Below, one piece after another: positions 57,867 through 63,379 of a stretch of 63,379 nt of DNA (positions within the stretch are counted from its first letter, which is position 1; each line of letters begins with the position of its first letter). The notes under the pieces are model-generated. The model did not search any database, was not told the origin of the DNA, and worked only from the letters and a program-made list of their open reading frames with translations. This DNA comes from Guillardia theta CCMP2712 (Eukaryota; Protista; Cryptophyta): NCBI RefSeq assembly GCF_000315625.1, contig NW_005434644.1:445891-509269 (forward strand). The letters are read 5' to 3'. A program made the translations under genes and the position numbers.

Positions 57867-60462
57867 TCAAGCGAGCAGGAGCACGACGAGTGGCAGGAAG
57901 GAGAGCGCGAGAACGAGTGGGTCCGCCGCCCTCTCCTTGGCCCAGCACAGAGCGACAGCAGACAGCAACTGGAGGAGGAGGAGGCCAACCCTGACGCCCG
58001 TCATGTCATGCATGACTACAACCAGGACAACTGAGAGGAGTAGGAGGACAACGAGGATCGCATCTGTCCTCTCCCGCCTCCCCCCCCTCCTGAGCTTCCA
58101 CATCCATGCCACCAGCCCGAGGGAGAGGAGGAGGAGACAGCGATCTCTTCGTGCAGGATCTCCTGACTGTTCTAGCTGCCTCCCTTCCCCTCGATGAATC
58201 TCCTCCCTCAACAGCCGTCGCTCCCACCACCTGCCCGAGCTGAGGAGCTCTGCAAGGGAGGAAGCTCTGTAGAGGTAGAAAGAGACCTTAACAGCGGAGG
58301 GAACCTGACCGTCCGCCATCCTCGTCCTTACCAGCCCCATCGCATCTCGATCTCCTTGCAGAACTTTGCGGATGAAGCGGCGGAGGAAGGGAGGAGTGAC
58401 CGGTCCCGTGTGCTCCCCCATCGCAGTCACAGCGATCCATACCTGTAGGACTCATCGATCAACGTCCTCTCTTGCTCCTCTTCCTTATCCTCCACCTCCC
58501 CCATCCTTCTCCCCCCATCCCCTTTCTCCTCCTCTTCCTCCTCCTTCTCCTCCTCCTCCTCCTCCTCCTCCTCCTCCTCCTCCTCCTCCTCCTCCTCCTC
58601 CTCCTCCTTCCCGGGCTTCATTATCCGTTCCTTTGCTGCCACTGATGGGTTTGTACCGCAATTCAGAAACAAGAGGAGGACGAGGACGAGGACGAGGAGG
58701 GGATCTCGGAGCCGATAGACGTCGTTAANNNNNNNNNNNNNNNNNNNNNNNNNNNNNNNNNNNNNNNNNNNNNNNNNNNNNNNNNNNNNNNNNNNNNNNN
58801 NNNNNNNNNNNNNNNNNNNNNNNNNNNNCCTCCTCCTCCTCACCTCCCAGTCGAAACGGAAATGATAGGGAGTGACGAAGCAGGGGAGCTTGCGGAGGCC
58901 GTCGGGCTTGCACATGAACTCAATCTCCTCCCAACCCGAGCTGCTCCCGTCCTGCCCATCCCGCGCCAAGGATAGCACGACCTCCGTCCTCCTCTTGGTG
59001 ATCGACCCGAAGACCCCGTAGGCGTTCACGAGGAAGAGACTATCGAATGTCTGCAGCCAAGGATGCGAGCCGAACAAGTTGCCCACGGGCGACGCCCCGC
59101 CCTCCTCTTCCGGCACCACCGACTTGAGCACGATGGTCGCCGACACCACAACCGCTGCGGCCCGCGAGAAGAGAATGCGACGGTGGGGAGAGTGCTTGCC
59201 TGCAGGAGGAGCCGAGGAGAGAGGGAAGAAGAAGCTGTGCAGAAACTTGTCGTCAAGGCAGGCGAGGAGGGGGACGCAAGTGAGGTGGTTGAGGAAGGCG
59301 TAGTTGCCTGTAAGGGCGATGCCGAGCATGAAGAGGATAGAAGAAACTCCAGCAAACAGTCGCACAGCCCGGCAGGGGAAGAGGATCAGCCAGGGCACTG
59401 CCAGCTCCACCGCATGGTTGGCAACGACGCCGAGCTGGAGGGCAGCAGGAGGAGCATGGTGCATGAACCAGCCGAGGGGAGAAGGCGAGCCAGTCGTCTC
59501 GAAGTGGAAAGAGAGACAGTCGAGGTGCTCCCACCTCCAGCACGTCTCCTGCGCCATGAGCTTCGACCTCCCTGCTCCCAGCATGACGCGGAAAGCCAGC
59601 CAGCGGAGGAGCCAGAGGACGGTCCCCGAGGGCCTCCCGTCCGGGCAGAAGGTGGGGGAGAGGAAGATGAGGAGGAAGCCTGTCTCCAGGATCTGAAAGT
59701 CCCACCCATAGTGGAAGAAGTGCTCGGCATGCAGCGCTGAGCGGTAGAAGACAAGGTACAGCCCCCACAGCCCGACCGAGGCAGCAACATGATCTACCAG
59801 CCCCAGGCACTGAGCAGAGGAGAGGAGGAAGCCGGACCACCCGATGAGCTCCAAGCACGCGTCGTGGTCGAGGAAGAGGAAGCGCAGCTGCCCCTCCTCC
59901 AGCACCGGGGAGAGCCCAGCCCTGCCGACCAGGGGGCGACCTTGAAGGGCGACGATAAGAAAGGCCACTGCGTACACGAAGCCGAGGGAGCGAACGAGGA
60001 GGATCCTCAGCAGGTGAGTCTGACCTGCCGCTTCTGGGCAGGGAGAGCTGTGAAACACGTCATAGAAGGGCAGCTCTTCGTATGAAAGGTTGGATGCGAC
60101 CAAGTCCCTCAGCAATGAAGCGAGATCAGATCCCTTGTTACTCCTCCTTTCCTTACCCTCCTCTCCTGCTTCTTCGCCCTGCCATTGGACTGTCACTCGC
60201 AGCTCCTTACACTGAGAGGACTGACCTCATGCCCGCGCAAGGACACCAGCTCTGCTTGCTTACTGCGCTGAAGCCTTTGTTGCCTTGCCTTGCCGGCCTC
60301 AACGATGCGACAAGTCTGGGATCGAAGGAGAGCAGCTAGCCTATTGAGGGGGAGGAGGAGCTGGTTCAGAGGGAGGATGACGAGCTTGTATATGAGGAGG
60401 AGGAAGAGAACGAGCATGGCGGCATTGTAGCCGACGCTCCACAGGCCCAGCAGCTCGGCCAT
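57867..60462 (-). CDS. LMF: Lipase maturation factor family membrane protein; gap at 58729-58828
   Basis: Motifs LGFVYAVAF, YGWDFQILETGFL, LLRWLAFRVMLGAGRSK, HFET, TGNYAFLNHLT, VNAYGVFGSITKRRTEV, FMCKP, PYHFRFDW. Both termini are tentative. Confidence 0.9.
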
Positions 60463-60942
60463 TGCCCCCAACGCTCTCATTCCCGTTCTTTTTTTCTTTT
60501 ACAAGTTTGACCACACATCTACCCCTCGATTCCCTTTTGACTACCCCCTTTCCAGAGGGTCATGGCTCAACTTGCGACGGCATGTTGTGTACAGGACGCA
60601 ATCGGGATCAGAGGACACGAGGGGAGAGGCAGAGGATAGGGAAAGAGGAAGAGGGAATGGAAGATGACAGTGAGGGGAAGAGAGACTGAGAGGAGGAGAG
60701 ACTGAGAGGAGGAGGGGAGAGGAGGAGACAAGGTCCATCGACGCTTTGACAGTTTGCATGGCACAACCGAATGAGAATCGGGATCGTCGTGCAATGAGCT
60801 ACAGCTCATTGAGTTAACAGCGGCCGCTATCAGGAAGGAGGAGCAAGGTTGTATTGATACTCAGTCGGCTCCTGTACCTTGTTGATCGAGCATCTCGCAT
60901 CTGGTTCACTCGGGGGATACCCTCCTATCCACCTTGGCAGCC

Positions 60943-63379
60943 ATGACGCCAACACCTCGAATCTGCTCTTATTTCTTTGCGGCAGTCCTTCTCCTCCTGC
61001 TGAGCGCAGAGGTCCATGCAGCTGGAGCGAGCAGCTGCACCGAGGATGGAGAAGGTTGCTTCATGAGTTCCTTCCTGAGGAGAGAGGAGAACCTCAGAAT
61101 GAAGCTCGACTCCCTCCTCCTCCGGCTGAACGGCCTCGTCAACGCCGTGCACGCGATGCAGTCAGAAGTCGTGTCTGTCCTGCAAGATCTTGGAGAGTGT
61201 CGGACGAATCATCCGAGGAGGAATGAGATTGTTGGCAGCGCTCAGAGTCAAGAAAAGTCAGAGCAAGCGGGAGATGGGAAAACGGAGCAAGGGGAGTCTG
61301 TCAAGGAATCTGAGAATCTTGCCCAGGACAGTTCGGAGGAGAACGGAGGACAGGCGGCTGCAGACGCTGAATCTTACCTTGCTCCTCCTGGGGAGAACGC
61401 CGAGACGTTCGGAGCTCGCTTGATCATGCCGGTTGAGCAAGAAGTGCTTCACGTCAACGCCCCGCACTACGTGATGGAGCTCTTCACTCCGGCGCGCGGG
61501 GATGCACTTGTGGAGATCTCCATCGACAACTACGTGGTCGTCAAGATCGACCTGCTCTGCTCGTTCAAGTGCAGCAGCAGCGGCGGCAACACGTACGTCA
61601 GCAGCACGGGGGGGAGGAGCGAGGCGGATTCCTGCCAGTGCCAGTGCACGAGGAACTGCGACTGCGGGAGGTGCATGCGGTCGACTTACAGCGAGATGGT
61701 CAGGATAGAGGGTGACGTCATCCAGCCCGGCCAGCATTCCCTAACGGTGGACCTGATGTCGGGGCAGCCGAGAACGAAGCAGATCCTGCAGACGTTCTTC
61801 TTCGTCGTCCCCGAGTGGCTCACTGCTTTCTCCTCCTTCCTCAACGAGACTGCCACCGTCCGCTCTCTCTCCCCAAACGTCATGCAGGCGACGCTGACGG
61901 CACCCGCACACGCCCTCCCCGGGCTAACGTACTCGATGCCGCCGGGGCATGCGGTCGGGGCAGGAGCGCTCTGGCCGGGGATAGCCATCCGCAGGCCGAG
62001 AGCAGGGGAAGTTTTCCGGCAGCGCTCGGGAGTTCGGGTAGAGCTGGAGCTGCTCGACTTCGAGTGGGAGGTGGACGGCTCCCTCCAGGCCTCCATCGTC
62101 TCCCAGATCAACGACGGGAGCTGCGCGGGCTTCTACGGCTGCCCCCTCAGCAGGCCGCTGCCGCTGCAGGAAGTGATGGACGTGCAGAGTAGGCACTCCA
62201 GGTGGGAGCTGCAGTCAGTGCAGGACTGCTCGTTGGTCAAGATCGAGAGCCTCCAGCTCCTACCGGGCTTCTACCGCCTGCAGGTCTACCTGACTGACCG
62301 AGACGGCCGGCAGATGAGCAGCATCCGCCATCGCGTGTTCTCCGTCACTTTGGACGCAGCGGGCAGCGGGGAGGAGGAGCAGGAGGGCGAGGAAGAGCGG
62401 TGGCAGTGCCCCAAGAAACACTGTGGAGCAGAGGTGAGGAAGGTGGAGAGGCCAGCGAGACCCTTGAGCCTCCTGCTCCTCACGGAGTGGCCTGCCATCG
62501 CCGGCATCAGCGCCAGCGCCGATCGGTGGCGAATGATGGTCGACGCTCTGTGGCAGCTGGGCCACTTGGTGCAGGTTGTGTCGAGGAACTGTGCTCCCTA
62601 CCACGGGGACTACATCTCTAAGAGCCATCGAGGAGGAGGCGCGAGGTCGATCTGCGGCATCAGCAGCACCGACATCCCTGCCCTCCTGCTCGAGCTCGAC
62701 AGGGTCGACGTGGTGCTGATGGACAATCGCTTCTTCCTCTTCCCGTCCGCTCGCAGCATCCCCCAGCAGTGGATTCCCTTCCTCCGCGAGAGCCCCAGGA
62801 CGCAGGACGCGAGGCTGGTCGTCGTCTCCGACCAGCTCGTCCGCCCCAACGGGACGGAGCTGGACGACGCTTCCGATCGGCACATGCTGCATGCTGCTGG
62901 TGCCCAGCTAGTCGGGTTTGCTGCTGCCGATGTGATCGCAGTGTCGACTGTCGAGGATCTGCGGTGGATCGGGAGGGTTTTCTCCCCTGGAGCCCCAATC
63001 CTCCTCCTCCGCCACAGCATCGTCATGCCCAAGATCGAGCGCAGGACGCCCGGGTTCCGCCAGAGGAAGGGAATCCTGTGGATTGGTGGCGGCGTATCGT
63101 ACAGCGCTGGGGAGCTGGAGCTGATATCGAAGCGAGTGCTCCCGATGCTGGAGGGCGAGGTGGGGGGAGGAGACAGCTTCGTCTTCGTGTTTGACGAGGA
63201 GCGATTCCCTGTGAAGCTGCCGGGAGTGAGCTTGTTGGAGCCGAGAGAGAACCTCAGAGAGGCTTTCAGCGAATTCAAGGTTTTGTTCCATGCTCTTCTT
63301 CTCTCCCCTCCTCCCATCTCTTCTGTCTCTTCATTGACCCTCCTCACCTCTCCCCTTCCTCCTCCTCCTCCTCCTCCTC
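60943..63379 (+). CDS. Large secreted/lumenal protein with Cys-rich and beta-rich N-terminal part and GT-B (GT4-like) glycosyltransferase domain; runs off window end
   Basis: Not in the ORF track because there is no stop before the window edge. Starts MTPTPRICSYFFAAVLLLLLSAEVHA (signal peptide). Later peptides LLLLTEWPAIAG, ALWQLGHLVQVV, AADVIAVSTVED, RKGILWIGG, KRVLPML. Confidence 0.7.
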   Translation, partial: MTPTPRICSYFFAAVLLLLLSAEVHAAGASSCTEDGEGCFMSSFLRREENLRMKLDSLLLRLNGLVNAVHAMQSEVVSVLQDLGECRTNHPRRNEIVGSAQSQEKSEQAGDGKTEQGESVKESENLAQDSSEENGGQAAADAESYLAPPGENAETFGARLIMPVEQEVLHVNAPHYVMELFTPARGDALVEISIDNYVVVKIDLLCSFKCSSSGGNTYVSSTGGRSEADSCQCQCTRNCDCGRCMRSTYSEMVRIEGDVIQPGQHSLTVDLMSGQPRTKQILQTFFFVVPEWLTAFSSFLNETATVRSLSPNVMQATLTAPAHALPGLTYSMPPGHAVGAGALWPGIAIRRPRAGEVFRQRSGVRVELELLDFEWEVDGSLQASIVSQINDGSCAGFYGCPLSRPLPLQEVMDVQSRHSRWELQSVQDCSLVKIESLQLLPGFYRLQVYLTDRDGRQMSSIRHRVFSVTLDAAGSGEEEQEGEEERWQCPKKHCGAEVRKVERPARPLSLLLLTEWPAIAGISASADRWRMMVDALWQLGHLVQVVSRNCAPYHGDYISKSHRGGGARSICGISSTDIPALLLELDRVDVVLMDNRFFLFPSARSIPQQWIPFLRESPRTQDARLVVVSDQLVRPNGTELDDASDRHMLHAAGAQLVGFAAADVIAVSTVEDLRWIGRVFSPGAPILLLRHSIVMPKIERRTPGFRQRKGILWIGGGVSYSAGELELISKRVLPMLEGEVGGGDSFVFVFDEERFPVKLPGVSLLEPRENLREAFSEFKVLFHALLLSPPPISSVSSLTLLTSPLPPPPPPP

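Noticed and set aside
1-63379. tRNA or rRNA genes
   Set aside because: No cloverleaf or conserved rRNA segments were recognised by eye; tRNAscan-SE or Infernal would be needed to exclude them fully.

Overview
This is eukaryotic nuclear DNA: gene-dense, with short GT-AG introns (about 45-65 nt), many microsatellite-filled introns and four 100-N scaffold gaps. Sequence style and gene content suggest a cryptophyte such as Guillardia theta (inference only). Housekeeping genes are eRF1, TPI, HisHF, TACO1/YebC, a HECT E3 ligase, an NfU-like protein, a SET/LSMT-like methyltransferase, an LRR protein, OMA1, an MDR oxidoreductase with a downstream PH-PDZ module, LMF and a GT-B glycosyltransferase. Four features stand out. 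(1) An intact, intronless Fanzor (eukaryotic TnpB-derived RNA-guided nuclease) has a foldable omegaRNA-like 3' flank and upstream ~113-bp tandem repeats. (2) Three genes encode multi-pass membrane proteins with an extracellular domain fused to RelA/SpoT-like nucleotidyltransferase domains. Two of them form a 9.3-kb head-to-head inverted duplication with a TM-SYNTH*-TM-SYNTH layout, a candidate receptor-coupled nucleotide-messenger system. (3) A divergent pair of genes encodes an identical 56-aa Tyr-heptad microprotein missed by the ORF track, and a third small ORF shares its N-terminal MFAxLxDLE motif. (4) Non-coding TACCC-rich blocks and CCGG/TGAGTCA-rich GC islands recur across the window. 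Exon boundaries were read by eye and no database searches were run.
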